Origin: Malacoraja senta
Taxonomy: Eukaryota
Reading direction: 5' to 3'
DNA length: 38,608 nt
Assembly: GCA_038087875.1 (NCBI GenBank)
Contig: JAXLNO010000501.1
Coordinates: 1 to 38,608 of the forward strand
Below the pieces are notes generated by a model. It searched no databases. It had not been told where the DNA came from and saw only the letters and a program-made list of their open reading frames with translations. The translations under genes were made by a program, and so were the position numbers. This document shows positions 1 to 11,719 of this stretch, in pieces (within the stretch, counting starts at the first letter, position 1; each line of letters starts with the position of its first letter).

Positions 1-1
1 C

Positions 2-1198
2 CCAAGCCGAGGTCCTGGCACCCAACAGGGTGATGTTGTCAGTATCCAGTAGATAAAAAGTGAGGGGCCGAGAGGCACGCAGTACCTTGCAGTGCAGGGT
101 AGCCCTCCCGACCGGAACGAGCACGCTTCCCCCGTAGGCATGCAACAGGGAGTGATCGGGAGTAACTTTCTCATCAGTCCTTATCTTCCTGAAGAGGCCT
201 ATTGACATTACATTGGTCACGGCCCCCGTGTCGAGTTTGGCGTTGAAGGTCGAGCCGTTGACAGTAACGCGAACAGAAGGGTCCGTTATCAGTGCAGGTG
301 CATCCAACACTGAAAATATGCTGGTCTCCCCCTGGGAGGAACTTGTATCAGACAAAGGGAGTTCATCAGGCTGGAACTGTGAAGCAAACGCGCTATCAGC
401 TCGAGCAAGGTTGTTTAACATTCGGCGTGGAGCAGGAACTGGCTTCCCACGAGAGCGACAGGCTGCAGCGAAATGGTTCAATTTCCTGCAAAAATTGCAC
501 GTTTTTCCCAGTGCAGGGCACACATTAGACTGATGGGAGGTAAAGTTGCAGTTGGGGCACCGCTGTGGGCTGCTACCCCCGGGTGCAGGGGACTCCCGTT
601 GCCGTTGCGGGCCAGCGTTCCGCCGGCGGCCAGCAACACTGGCAAAGTTAATGTGATGATCAGCAGACGACACCGCCGAGGCGACAGCCCCAGCCATGCG
701 GGAGGCGTGCAGAGCATCGGCTAAAGACAGGTCGTGCTTCCGCAGATGTTCAGCCCTTAGTTTTTCATCTTGAAGACCATACACTACAATGTCCCGGGTC
801 AGTTGATCAGGGGTCAGCGTGTCCAGGCTGCAACGCCTGGCCAGGTGACGCAACGCAGCGATATAGTTATCGATTGACTCTCCAGAGATCTGACGCCGGG
901 TGAACATTTTAAAACGCTCTAGAATGCAGTTAGTGGGGATGTCGCACATAGCGGTAAACTTAGCCATAAGACATACCGGGTCCTGAGCATCTTCACCTGC
1001 GCCATAGACAAACGACTCAGCCCGTTCCAGGGCATCAGGACCAGCCAGGTTGAGAAGCAGAGAAGCCCGTGTAGCAGGGGTGGCAGCAGGATGGGCGATC
1101 ATGGCGTAGTGTTGAAAGTCACGTCTAAAGACACCCCACCGATGGGCAATGTCCGAGTCGAAGACAAGCATGTCGGGTTTGCGGCAAGAAGTAGCCAT
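2..1198 (-). CDS. Gypsy/Ty3 LTR retrotransposon gag-protease(-pol) ORF, runs off the window edge
   Basis: Hand translation from ATG at 1198 (MATSCRKPDMLVFDSDIAHRW...) is open for 399 codons; the ORF track misses it because there is no stop in the window. It contains gag-like ERFKMFTRRQISGESIDNYIAALR, two CX2CX4HX4C knuckles at 458-559 (CPNCNFTSHQSNVC, CNFCRKLNHFAAAC) and the aspartic protease motif KLDTGA (DTGA at 221-232). Confidence 0.93.
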   Translation of the reverse strand, partial: MATSCRKPDMLVFDSDIAHRWGVFRRDFQHYAMIAHPAATPATRASLLLNLAGPDALERAESFVYGAGEDAQDPVCLMAKFTAMCDIPTNCILERFKMFTRRQISGESIDNYIAALRHLARRCSLDTLTPDQLTRDIVVYGLQDEKLRAEHLRKHDLSLADALHASRMAGAVASAVSSADHHINFASVAGRRRNAGPQRQRESPAPGGSSPQRCPNCNFTSHQSNVCPALGKTCNFCRKLNHFAAACRSRGKPVPAPRRMLNNLARADSAFASQFQPDELPLSDTSSSQGETSIFSVLDAPALITDPSVRVTVNGSTFNAKLDTGAVTNVMSIGLFRKIRTDEKVTPDHSLLHAYGGSVLVPVGRATLHCKVLRASRPLTFYLLDTDNITLLGARTSAW

Positions 1199-1278
1199 GG
1201 CACGGGAGATTTTAAAAAATGGGGAAACGGGTCCAAAGTAAAGAAAAAACGATAAACTGGAGGCGCAAAGGTACGATG

Positions 1279-1287
1279 CTGACACCA
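1279..1287 (-). promoter_or_regulatory. Primer-binding site of the Gypsy element (TGGTGTCAG, tRNA-Leu-like)
   Basis: On the minus strand TGGTGTCAG directly follows the LTR end ...TTTACA. The tRNA assignment is from recall of the tRNA-Leu 3' end ...CTGACACCA and covers only 9 nt. Confidence 0.7.
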
Positions 1288-1492
1288 TGTAAAGAGGCGT
1301 CATAACACACTGTGTCTTTACTACTGTTTATTCATGATACACATACTTTACTGCCCTAGCTGTTCGTGGTCTGTCACCGGAACCAGAGAGAGCGAGCACT
1401 GGGTGGGAAGGTTGTAATTATACTAGTGATGTGGGGAGTGGTTATTAGTGGTGAGGTCACTATGTTAAAGGTACATGCACATGTCATCTACA
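1288..1492 (-). mobile_element. 5' LTR (~205 bp) of the Gypsy element
   Basis: Minus strand reads TGTAGA...CTTTACA (TGTA/TACA inverted ends) with an internal AATAAA near 1327-1332. It is bounded by the PBS on one side and CR1 sequence on the other. Confidence 0.8.
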
Positions 1493-1630
1493 ACAATGAA
1501 GACCAGCTTATAGCGCAGTTAGGAATTGGTAGATATGACATTGTGAGCATCACGGAGACGTGGTTGAAAGAGAGCTGGCAGCTGAATATCCAAGTATACA
1601 CGACCTATCGAAAATTTCAGGCAGTGGGCA
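1493..1630 (+). mobile_element. Old CR1 LINE, endonuclease N-terminal fragment (host of the Gypsy and ERV insertions)
   Basis: Translates NEDQLIAQLGIGRYDIVSITETWLKESWQLNIQ, homologous to YDIVGITETWLQ...WELNIQ of the young CR1 copies in this window. Confidence 0.85.
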
Positions 1631-2387
1631 TGTAAATAGCTCGTTCTAAGCTTCCCCCAGTCTAGTTTCAGTCAATAAAATACTGTGTCAAGCACTTGCG
1701 CATCTACACTTTATTTTGGAAAAACACAATAACAGTTCCCCACTACTATACCTAACCACCACGGGATCGATCCTTGTATCTGCTTGGCCAAGCCCTTCTA
1801 GCCTCATGCAAGCAGAGACACTCCAAAAGGTCATGCAGTCCCAAGCATTCATCCAGCAGATCGAAATAGGACCTCGTGGGAGCTACCTTTTATAGGTCCC
1901 CGAACCTTGAGGGGCCGAACCATATGGGAGTGGTCTCTTTACAGTCCAATAACAGATATCGATTAACACAGTACATGATAGTCATTTCCCTAACCCAATA
2001 ATATGGTAACCAATACATTGTATTCAAACGGAGTTTCTGGAAGGAAGCAAACATAGCAACATTTGCCCAGATATTCATGAAACCCAGCCAAGGCTCAACA
2101 CTTAACGCAATCAACATCTAGCAAAGTAAAGCTTTGCAACAATACTTACAATGTGTATATCTGGTTTGCATTCACCCAATCCTTTTCATGCAATTTACAC
2201 CTAATTGTAAGAATCTGCAGATGTCCAATTCTTTCCCTGCAACTCTTATCTGCGCTCTATACAAGCTAGCACCATTCTGCAGCTTGTCCCATTTCTGCAG
2301 AAGGCATGTTTAAATTGAACAAATGGCCTAGCAGCACAGAAGCCTTTACTCAGTGTCCTGGAATCTCCAATTTGTCCAGAATTAACA
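1631..2387 (-). mobile_element. 3' LTR (~757 bp) of a decayed endogenous retrovirus-like element
   Basis: Minus strand: polypurine tract AAAAGGAAGGAA (2388-2399), then TGTTAAT...ATTTACA (imperfect inverted ends). TATAAA at 1889-1894 and AATAAA at 1710-1715 lie in U3-R-U5 order. Confidence 0.75.
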
Positions 2388-3498
2388 TTCCTTCCTTTTA
2401 TCATATATGATAAACCATCATTTATGATAACCAAATAATCAGATAATCAGATAACCAGATATACGTATGTGTGACTATTACATTTTCCATCTATTAACAA
2501 CAACAAGATGATGATGTTTCCTCTCAAAATCTTATCAAGCTTCCCGAGTTTTCGTGGGCGTAGCTTCATTATTTCCATCTGATGAGTCTTCAACTCCAGA
2601 GTTTTCGTGGGCGCGAATTCCCTCCATCCATGTTGTTGCCCATCCTTCCATCCCTTTCCATAGTCGAACCTATAACCTATAATTCCTGAAAAACTTGGGA
2701 TAAAGCAAGTTACCATTCATGCACTAATGCTTTCCCATACATTCACTGTATTCCTTTTCCACAAACCCTTTTCTATTTCACCATAAATATCTCTACTATA
2801 TTCTGCTCTATAATATACTCTTTACTTTCCTAGGATCAACACTAATCAGCCCTCTCCGTATTCACACCATTTTCTTTAATGTATAACTGATGATGGTTTC
2901 TCATATAAATTTCAGCTGGGTTCAGTCCAGGTTTCCCTACAGGTGTGACTCTTATTTAAAGCAAATCATGAAAAATGTTTCAATTCTACTAAATTCACTC
3001 AGCCTTCAATTTATTATTTTAAGTTTCAGGGTTTGTCTCACCCTTCTCATTCCACAGCTTTGTGGTCGATAACACAATTCCATTCCATTTCCTGTGCAAT
3101 TCCCATCTGTTCAAATTTAATCAATCAATTTCCATATGTTGTCAATTTTATCATGAAGCCAATTAAGAATTCTGAATCTAGGGACAATTTCTTTCTACCT
3201 TGATAATAAAAGCCACTTTACTATCAAGGGTTAAACAATTTAGATCCACTGGTCAAATACATCGACTCTGATATCTCAACACCCATTTCCTCATTTCTCC
3301 TTCTAACTCAATAGACCTCCTCCAGTACTTCTTCCTTAGTATGTTGGCTCGGCTCTCAGTCCATAACAATACCCAATTAATAGTCAAACTTTAAGTACTC
3401 TTAAGCCAAATCTCACAAGTCAGTTCCAAATCTCAAATTTTAAGTCCCTCCAATTCATTTCCATACTATTTAGAGACCGAATTCAAAATTGTATCAAT
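2388..3498 (-). pseudogene. ERV internal region, degenerate pol/integrase remnant
   Basis: Minus strand YRPQSCGMRRVRQTLKLKI (~3015-3071) resembles the integrase motif YRPQSSGxVERxNxTLK. TPVGKPGLNPAEIYM (~2902-2946) resembles TPxxxxGLSPxEILxG. Many stops and frameshifts. Confidence 0.65.
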
Positions 3499-3519
3499 TT
3501 ATTTCTAATAACTGACTAT

Positions 3520-4236
3520 TTGAAAAAATATACAAAAGATCATTATAATATCCCAGCAGATGTACTGGATGAAGCAATGCAGATAAAAGCTGAATCAGCA
3601 AACTTAATATCATATTTGTATAATATTATCTTAAATGTAGAAATACCATCTACGGAAGGTATTAGAAGAGACTGGAAACAAGAAATAGCTATTAAAATCT
3701 CAAAGGAAAGGTGGAATGAACATTTTCTAAACGTGCATAAATGTTCGATTAATGTAAGACACACTTTAATACAATTTAAAATTTTACATAGATTATATTA
3801 TTCCAAAACTAAAATTAATAAAAATTTCCCAAATGTATCATCCATTTGTGATAAATGTCAATCTCAAGAAGCTACTATAGCGCATTCATTTGTTTTCTGT
3901 ACAAAAATTCAAAAATTTTGGATTGAAATTTTTGAAATCTTTACAAAATTATTTAAAATAAAACTGATACCTAAAGCAGAATGGATTATCTTCGGAACAA
4001 CGGAAGATAGTCCAGAACTAAATGTGTTTCAAAAGAAATTAATAGACTCTGGGTTAATAACTGGAAAAAAGTTAATCCTAAAATTCTGGAAAAACGCTCC
4101 AATACCAACTATAAACATGTGGATTTCAAATATGTTTGAAACATTACACCTAGAAGAGATAAGACTCCTCCTGGCAGGTAAACCAGATCACTTCCACCTG
4201 ACGTGGTCTGCATTTATAGAATTATTACAAGTATAG
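3520..4236 (+). CDS. L1 ORF2 C-terminal fragment with Cys-rich domain
   Basis: LIQFKILHRLYY and CDKCQSQEATIAHSFVFC (CX2C...HX4C) are typical of the vertebrate L1 ORF2 C-terminus. Confidence 0.9.
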   Translation: MKKYTKDHYNIPADVLDEAMQIKAESANLISYLYNIILNVEIPSTEGIRRDWKQEIAIKISKERWNEHFLNVHKCSINVRHTLIQFKILHRLYYSKTKINKNFPNVSSICDKCQSQEATIAHSFVFCTKIQKFWIEIFEIFTKLFKIKLIPKAEWIIFGTTEDSPELNVFQKKLIDSGLITGKKLILKFWKNAPIPTINMWISNMFETLHLEEIRLLLAGKPDHFHLTWSAFIELLQV

Positions 4237-4612
4237 GGTGCAAAAGTACTTTAAAAAAAACCTGAGGTCAGGTAAAGGGGGATGAAAGCTGGAGAGTTGG
4301 TATATCCCATTTGCGTGATGCTTATAATAAAGTATTTGTTTTTCTCTTTTTTCCTCTTTTTCTTTTCTTTTCTTCTTTAGGGTCTATCTCTTAATCCTTT
4401 CTACAGGGTTAAGTTCTTTCCTGTTCTTAATTTCTTTTCTACATGGTCTCTGTTCTTTCCTGTTGTCACGTTTCTTCACCTTCACTATTTTCCTTCACTT
4501 TCTCTTTTTTCTTAATAGATACATAGATACATAGAAAATAGGTGCAGGAGTAGGCCATTCGGCCCTTCGAGCCTGCACCGCCATTCAATATGATCATGGC
4601 TGATCATCCAAC

Positions 4613-6352
4613 TCAGTATCCCGTACCTGCCTTCTCTCCATACCCCCTGATCCCTTTAGCCACAAGGGCCACATCTAACTCCCTCTTAAATATAGCCAAT
4701 GAACTGGCCTCAACTACCCTCTGTGGCAGAGAGTTCCAGAGATTCACCACTCTCTGTGTGAAAAAGTTTTTCCTCATCTCGGTCTTAAAGGATTTCCCCC
4801 TTATCCTTAAGCTGTGACCCCTTGTCCTGGACTTCCCCAACATCGGGAACAATCTTCCTGCATCTAGCCTGTCCAACCCCATAAGAATTTTGTACGTTTC
4901 TATAGGATCCCCTCTCAATCTCCTAAATTCTAGTGAGTATAAGCCAAGTCTATCCAGTCTTTCTTCATATGAAAGTCCTGACATGCCAGGAATTAGTCTG
5001 GTGAACCTTCTCTGCACTCCCTCTATGGCTATAATGTCCTTCCTCAGATTTGGAGACCAAAACTGTACGCAATACTCCAGGTGTGGTCTCACCAAGACCC
5101 TGTACAACTGCAGTAGAACCTCCCTGCTCCTATACTCAAATCCTCTTGCTATGAAGGCCAACATACCATTCGCTTTCTTCACTGCCTGCTGCACCTGCAT
5201 GCCTACTTTCAATGACTGGTGTACCATGACACCCAGGTCTCGCTGCATCTCCCCATTTCCTAATCGGCCACCATTTAGATAATAGTCTGCCTTCCCGTTT
5301 TTGCCACCAAAGTGGATAACCTCACATTTATCCACATTATACTGCATCTGCCAAACATTTGCCCACTCACCCAGCCTATCCAAGTCACCTTGCATTCTCC
5401 TAGCATCCTCCTCACAGCTAACACTGCCCCCCAGCTTAGTGTCTTCCGCAAACTTGGAGATGTTGCTTTCAATTCCCTCGTCCAGATCATTAATATAAAT
5501 TGTAAATAGCTGGGGTCCCAGCACTGAGCCTTGCGGTACCCCACTAGTCACTGCCTGCCATTGTGAAAAGGATCCGTTTACTCCTACTCTTTGCTTCCTG
5601 TTTGCCAGCCAGTTCTCTATCCACATCAATACTGAACCCCCAATACCGTGTGATTTAAGTTTGTATCCTAATCTCTTATGTGGTACCTTGTCGAAAGCCT
5701 TCTGAAAGTCCAGATACAACATATCCACTGGTTCTCCCCTATCCACTCTACTAGTTACATCCTCGAAAAATTCTATAAGATTCGTCAGACACGATTTACC
5801 TTTCGTAAATCGATGCTGACTTTGTCCAATGATTTCACCACTTTCCAAATGTGCTGCTATCCCATCTTTAATAACTGACTCTAGCAGTTTCCCCACTACC
5901 GATGTTAGACTAAATGGTCTGTAATTCCCCGTTTTCTCTCTCCCTCCCTTCTTAAAAAGTGGGGTTACGTTTGCTACCCTCCAATCCTCAGGAACTACTC
6001 CAGAATTTAAAGAGTTTTGAAAAATTATCACTAATGCATCCACTATTTCTGGAGCTACTTCCTTAAGTACTCTGGGATGCAGCCTATCTGGCCCTGGTGA
6101 TTTATCGGCCTTTAATCCATTCAATTTACCCAACACCACTTCCCGACTAACCTGGATTTCACTCAGTTCCTCCATCTCCTTTGACCCGCGGCCCCCTGCT
6201 ATTTCCGGCAGATTATTTATGTCTTCCTTAGTGAAGACGGAACCAAAGTAGTTATTCAATTGGTCCGCCATAACCTTGTTCCCCATGATCAATTCACCTG
6301 TTTCTGACTGCAAGGGACCTACATTTGTTTTAACTAATCTCTTTCTCTTCAC
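4613..6352 (-). pseudogene. CR1 ORF2 reverse-transcriptase part
   Basis: KSPGPD, YLDFQKAFDKV and [11 protein letters not shown] present. The catalytic motif reads FAED instead of FADD, and a frameshift near 6360 separates it from the endonuclease part. Confidence 0.93.
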
Positions 6353-7911
6353 ATATCTATAAAAAATTTGCAGTCAGTTTTTATGTTCCCTGCCAGTTTC
6401 CTTTCATAATCTATTTTCCCTTTCCTAATTAAGCCCTTTGTCCTCCTCTGCTGGTCTCTGAATTTCTCCCAGTCCTCTGGTATGCTGCTTTTTCTGGCTA
6501 ATTTGTACGCATCATCTTTTGCTTTGATACTATCCCTGATTTCCCTTGTTATCCACGGATGCACTACCTTCCCTGATTTATTCTTTTGCCAAACTGGGAT
6601 GAACAATTGTTGTAGTTCATCCATGCAGTCTTTAAATGCCTTCCATTGCATATCCACCGTCAACCCTTTTAGAACTAATTGCCAGTCAATCTTGGCCAAT
6701 TCACGTCTCATACCCGCAAAGTTACCTTTCTTTAAGTTCAGAACCGTTGTTTCTGAATTAACAATGTCACTCTCCATCCTAATGAAGAACTCAACCATAT
6801 TATGGTCGCTCTTGCCCAAGGGGGCATGCACAACAAGTCTGCTAACTAACCCTTCCTCATTACTCAATACCCAGTCTAGAATAGCCTGCTCTCTCGTTGG
6901 TTCCTCTACATGTTGGTTTAGATAACTATCCCTCATACATTCCAAGAAATCCTCTTCCTCAGCACCCCTGCCAATTTGATTCACCCAATCTATATGTAGA
7001 TTGAAGTCACCCATTATAACTGTTTTGCCTTTGTTGCACGCATTTCTAATTTCCTGTTTGATGCCATTCCCAACTTCACTACTACTGCTAGGTGGCCTGT
7101 ACACAACACCCACCAGCGTTTTCTGCCCCTTAGTGTTTCGCAGCTCTACCCATACCGATTCCACATCCTCCAAGCTAATGTCCTTCCTTTCCACTGCGTT
7201 AATCTCCTCTCTAACCAGCAACACTACCCCACCTCCTTTTCCTTTCTCTCTATCCCTCCTGAATATTGAATATCCCTGGATGTTCAACTCCCAGCCTTGG
7301 TCACCCTGGAGCCATGTCTCCGTGATCCCAACTATATCATAATCATTAATTGCTATCTGCACGTTCAACTCATCCACCTTATTACGAATGCTCCTTTCAT
7401 TGAGACACAAAGCCTTCAGGCTTGTTTTTACAATGCTCTTACCCCTTATACAATTATGTTGAAAAGTGGCTCTTTTTGATTTTTGCCCTGGATTTGTCTG
7501 CCTGCCACTTTTACTTTTCACCTTGCTACCTATTGCTTCCGCCCGCATTTTACACCCCTCTGTTTCTCTGCTCACCCATTTAAGAACCCCACCACCTCTT
7601 ATTCTCTGTTTATTATTGTTTTCTTCTTTCCCCCCTACATGTTGGGTCTGAGTGCTTTCCTTCTCTGCCTCCTGCCTCACACACTGTCTAATAACATCCT
7701 CTATTTGAGTCCCTCCCCCCAACCATTCTAGTTTAAAGTCTCCCCAGTAGCCTTTGCAGATCTCCCCACCAGGATATCGGTCCCCCTCAGGTTCAAGTGC
7801 AACCCATCCTTTTTGTACAGGTCGAACCTTCCACAAAAGAGGTCCCAATGATCCAGAAATTTGAATCCCTGCCTTCTGCACCAGTCCTTCAGCCACGCAT
7901 TTATCCTCCAC
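6349..7911 (-). pseudogene. CR1 ORF2 apurinic-type endonuclease part
   Basis: GITETWL, VVYRPP, MGDFN, ILDWVL and SDHN motifs. The true start is probably downstream of 7911. Confidence 0.92.
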
Positions 7912-8327
7912 CTCGCTCCATTCCTACTCTCACTGTCGCGTGGCGCAGGCAGTAATCCCGAGATTGTTACCTTTGCTGTCCTTCTCTTTAACTCCCCTCC
8001 TAACTCTCTAAATTCTCCTTTCAGGACCTCTTCTCTTTTTTTACCTATGTCATTGGTACCTATATGTATCACGACCTCGGGCTCCTCTCCCTGCCCTTTC
8101 AGGATGTCTTGGACACGTTGAGACACATCACAGACCCTGGCACCAGGGAGGCAAACTACCATCCGGGTCTCCCGACTGCGTCCACAGAATCGCCTGTCTG
8201 ACCCCCTAACTATAGAGTCCCCTATTAATATTGCCCTCCTCTTCTTTACCTTACCCTTCTGAGCAACAGGACCGGTCTCTATACCGGAGGCCCGGCCGCT
8301 GTCGCTACCCCCAGGTAGGCTGTCCAC
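7728..8327 (-). CDS. CR1 ORF1 C-terminal SGNH esterase domain (5'-truncated)
   Basis: LIGDSIVRG, HIGTNDI and DGLHLN blocks of the SGNH/GDSL fold known from CR1 ORF1p. Confidence 0.9.
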   Translation of the reverse strand: MDSLPGGSDSGRASGIETGPVAQKGKVKKRRAILIGDSIVRGSDRRFCGRSRETRMVVCLPGARVCDVSQRVQDILKGQGEEPEVVIHIGTNDIGKKREEVLKGEFRELGGELKRRTAKVTISGLLPAPRDSESRNGARWRINAWLKDWCRRQGFKFLDHWDLFCGRFDLYKKDGLHLNLRGTDILVGRSAKATGETLN

Positions 8328-8432
8328 CTCAACCTTTCCTTTTTATTAGTGAAAAAATGATGGAGTACATTAATTGTAATAAGATATATGTGATGAGTAC
8401 TAATGTAATTGGTTGTAATGTAATGTACTTCT
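8011..8432. repeat. 422-bp direct repeat, copy 1 (left flank of L1 no.2)
   Basis: AATTCTCCTTTCAGG...GTACTTCT recurs at 11250-11671. I saw one substitution (ORF1 KVKK vs KEKK). Confidence 0.95.
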
Positions 8433-11249
8433 TTTTTTTAAAATATTTTTTATTGGAGATAAGTACATAACCTATTAACATCATTACAGTCTTACATTTT
8501 TAAATTGATAATATTATCAATTATTATTACATTGTCTCCAATACCTTTTACCTTTTTATTTTTTTTTATTTTAAACTAGATAGAACTAAAAAGATAGATG
8601 AAGTAAAGAAAGAAAAGAAAGAGAAGAAAAAGAGAAGGGAAAAAAAAAAATATTTAACATTTTTTAACAAAAAACAAGAAACACAAAACAAAAAAACAAA
8701 ACAAAAGAGAAAGATAGTTAAAGAAGAGTGGAAAATTTATTAAAATAAAAAACTCCATTCGAGATATATTCGTACATTTCAGAATATAGCATTTCATCCA
8801 TTTTTTAGCCCGAGCATTAGTCAGGTTCCCGTGCTGAACCATTCTGACCCTTTAAATAATCAATAAAGGGAGACCATGTTCCAACGAATACTTCCTGCTT
8901 ATCCAACAGGGAAAATCTGATTCTTTCCACGTTTAAGGTCTCCGTCATTTCTATAATCCACATTTTGATTGTGGGGGCCGTAGGGCCTTTCCAAAATTTT
9001 AGAATTCATTTTTTTCCTGTTATTATACTATAATCAATAAAGTTTCTTTGTGTTGTTGTAAATGTTTGATTTAATTCTGATGTTCCGAGTATTATAATTT
9101 TTGAATCCGGGTCCACTTGTGTGCTGGTCACTTTAGATATTATACTAAATATATTTACCCAGTATTTTTTAATTTTTGTACAGTTTGCAAACATATGAGA
9201 TAAGGTAGCTTCTAAATGTTGGCATTTATCACATATAGGTGAGATATGTTGAAAGATTTTATGTAATTTTGTTTTTGAATAATGTAATCTATGTATTACT
9301 TTAAATTGTATTAAAGAATGTCTGGCATTTAATGAACATTGATGTATCTGTTGTAAACTTTCTTCCCAAGTATCTTTCGTTATTATTTCATTTAATTCTT
9401 TTTCCCATGTTTGTCTGTGTAAGTCCGTCGATGGAATGTCACTGTCTAATAAGATATTATATATATAAGATATTAATTTTTCTGTATTAGTATGTTTATT
9501 CCAACATTCGTCAAGAATTTCTGAATTTCTAATTCGAAAGTTTTGCGTATTCGATTTTACATAATCTCTGAGTTGAAGATATCTGAAATAATCATTTCCT
9601 CGAAGTCCGTAAGTCTGTCGCAACTCCTGAAATGTCAGAAAAGTGCCTTCCTTATAAAGTTGTCCCATATTTTTAATTCCATAATTCTTCCATTGTGTAA
9701 AACCCCTGTCCAACCATGAGGGTATAAACAAAGGGTTATTCACAATCGGGAGAAATAGTGATAAATTATCTAATTTTAATGTCTTTTTTAATTGTTTCCA
9801 AATTCGTATGGTACTAAATATTATAGGGTTTTCCCTTTAAATTTTTTTGTTTAATTTAGATGTAGCAAATAATGTCGACCCGATATCAAAAGGCAAACAG
9901 TCTTCCTTTTCCGTTTTTAACCAATCTGGTTGTTGTTCTATTTCTTCCAACCAGAAATTCATATTTTTAATATTAACGGCCCAAAAATAAAACAGAAAGT
10001 TGGGTAAAACCAAACCTCCATTTATTTTTGATTTACACAAATGTCTTTTGTTTATCCTATGGTTCTTATAATCCCAGATAAAATCATTAACAATAGAGTC
10101 CAATTTAAAAAAAAAGTTTTTTGACAAATATATCGGAATTGTCTGAAAAAGGTATAATATTTGCGGTAAAAAAATCATTTTTATGGCATTAATTTTGCCA
10201 ATCATTGAAATAGGGAGTGTTTTCCAGTATTGAATATTCTTATGTAGTTTATTCAGTAGTGGGGGAAAGTTTGCTTTAAATAATGATGTATATATCTTAG
10301 TTACATAGATACCTAGGTATTTAAATTTTTCGTTTACTATTTTAAATGGAAATTGTTGTATTATGTGTTTGTTATGTCCCCTTATTGGCATAATTTCACT
10401 TTTATTCCAATTTATTCTGTATCCTGAGAGTGACCCAAATTGGGTTATTAGCTCTAATAAGTTTGGAATACTAATTTCTGGTTTTGTAATGTAAATTAGT
10501 ACATCATCTGCGTATAGAGAAATTTTATTCACTGTGTCCTTTGTGATATACCCATGTATTTCCGGATGACCCCTAACTCTTTCTGCAAGTGGTTCAATAG
10601 CTAAAGCAAATAATAATGGAGATAACGGGCATCCTTGTCTACAACCTCTAGATAGGCTGAATTTTGGTGACAACCTTTGATTTGTTAATATTCTAGCCGT
10701 AGGATTTGTATATAACAGTTTTATCCATGTACAGAATTTCTCCCCTAGTTGCATATTTTCCATCACTGAGAATAAATAAGACCATTCAACCTGATCAAAT
10801 GCTTTTTCAGCATCGAGTGAGATTATTGCTAAATCTTCATTAATCATTCTCTTAGAATAAATAATATTAAATAATCTTCTTAGATTATAATATGAGTACC
10901 GTTTCTGAATAAAGCCTGTTTGGTCAGGGTGTATTATTTTATTCATCACTGTACTTAATCTATGCGCTAGTATTTTAGTTAATATTTTCTGATCTGTATT
11001 TAAAAGTGCAATTGCTCTATATGATCCCGGATCTTCCGGATCTTTATCAGCTTTAGGAATAAGTGTTATTATAGATTCATTTAAAGTATCTGGGAGTTTC
11101 TGTTGAGTATATATATGCTCATACAGTCTTTGTAAACGTGGGCATAGCAAGTCATAAATTTTTAAATAAAATTCAGAGCCTAAACCATCTGGTCCTACTG
11201 CTTTACCATTTTTTAAAGAGCCAATAGACTCCTCAATATCCTTTATCGT
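8433..11249 (-). mobile_element. 5'-truncated L1-clade LINE (L1 no.2)
   Basis: ORF 9837-11150 has GPDG just upstream, SLDAEKAFD, RQGCPLSPLLF and LYADD. ORF 9006-9743 has CDKCQHLEATLSHMFANC. Premature stop at 9837, frameshift near 9010; 3' UTR and A-tail end at ~8433. Confidence 0.95.
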
Positions 11250-11671
11250 AATTCTCCTTTCAGGACCTCTTCTCTTTTTTTACCTATGTCATTGGTACCT
11301 ATATGTATCACGACCTCGGGCTCCTCTCCCTGCCCTTTCAGGATGTCTTGGACACGTTGAGACACATCACAGACCCTGGCACCAGGGAGGCAAACTACCA
11401 TCCGGGTCTCCCGACTGCGTCCACAGAATCGCCTGTCTGACCCCCTAACTATAGAGTCCCCTATTAATATTGCCCTCCTCTTCTTTTCCTTACCCTTCTG
11501 AGCAACAGGACCGGTCTCTATACCGGAGGCCCGGCCGCTGTCGCTACCCCCAGGTAGGCTGTCCACCTCAACCTTTCCTTTTTATTAGTGAAAAAATGAT
11601 GGAGTACATTAATTGTAATAAGATATATGTGATGAGTACTAATGTAATTGGTTGTAATGTAATGTACTTCT
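11250..11671. repeat. 422-bp direct repeat, copy 2 (right flank of L1 no.2)
   Basis: Duplicates the 5' end of CR1 no.1 plus the L1 no.1 3' UTR, including their junction. It produces the duplicate ORFs 11243-11566 and 11470-11673. Confidence 0.95.
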
Positions 11672-11719
11672 AATAAATAAAAAATAAAAAAATAAAAATT
11701 AAAATTATTTCTAATAACT

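Larger units (their letters stand above)
4515..8333 (-). mobile_element. Young CR1 LINE no.1 (3' part of ORF1, whole ORF2, 3' UTR)
   Basis: (CTATGTAT)n tail at ~4515-4535, then RT, endonuclease and ORF1 esterase ORFs in order; 5'-truncated inside ORF1. Confidence 0.95.
3514..11704 (+). mobile_element. 5'-truncated L1-clade LINE (L1 no.1), interrupted by CR1 no.1 and L1 no.2
   Basis: ORF2 C-terminus at 3514-4236; T-rich 3' UTR at 4237-4514 resuming at ~8334; A-rich tail at 11672-11704. Exact 15-bp TSD TTATTTCTAATAACT at 3499-3513 and 11705-11719. Confidence 0.9.

Noticed and set aside
213..724. Short ORFs listed in the track
   Set aside because: Antisense or off-frame shadows of the Gypsy gag-protease ORF.
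4590..8121. Recurrent plus-strand ORFs antisense to CR1, also seen in copies 2 and 3
   Set aside because: They recur only because the CR1 copies are near-identical; no independent coding evidence.
11243..11566. Independent second CR1 ORF1 insertion
   Set aside because: It shares the exact 5' truncation junction and flank with CR1 no.1, so it is part of the 422-bp duplication.
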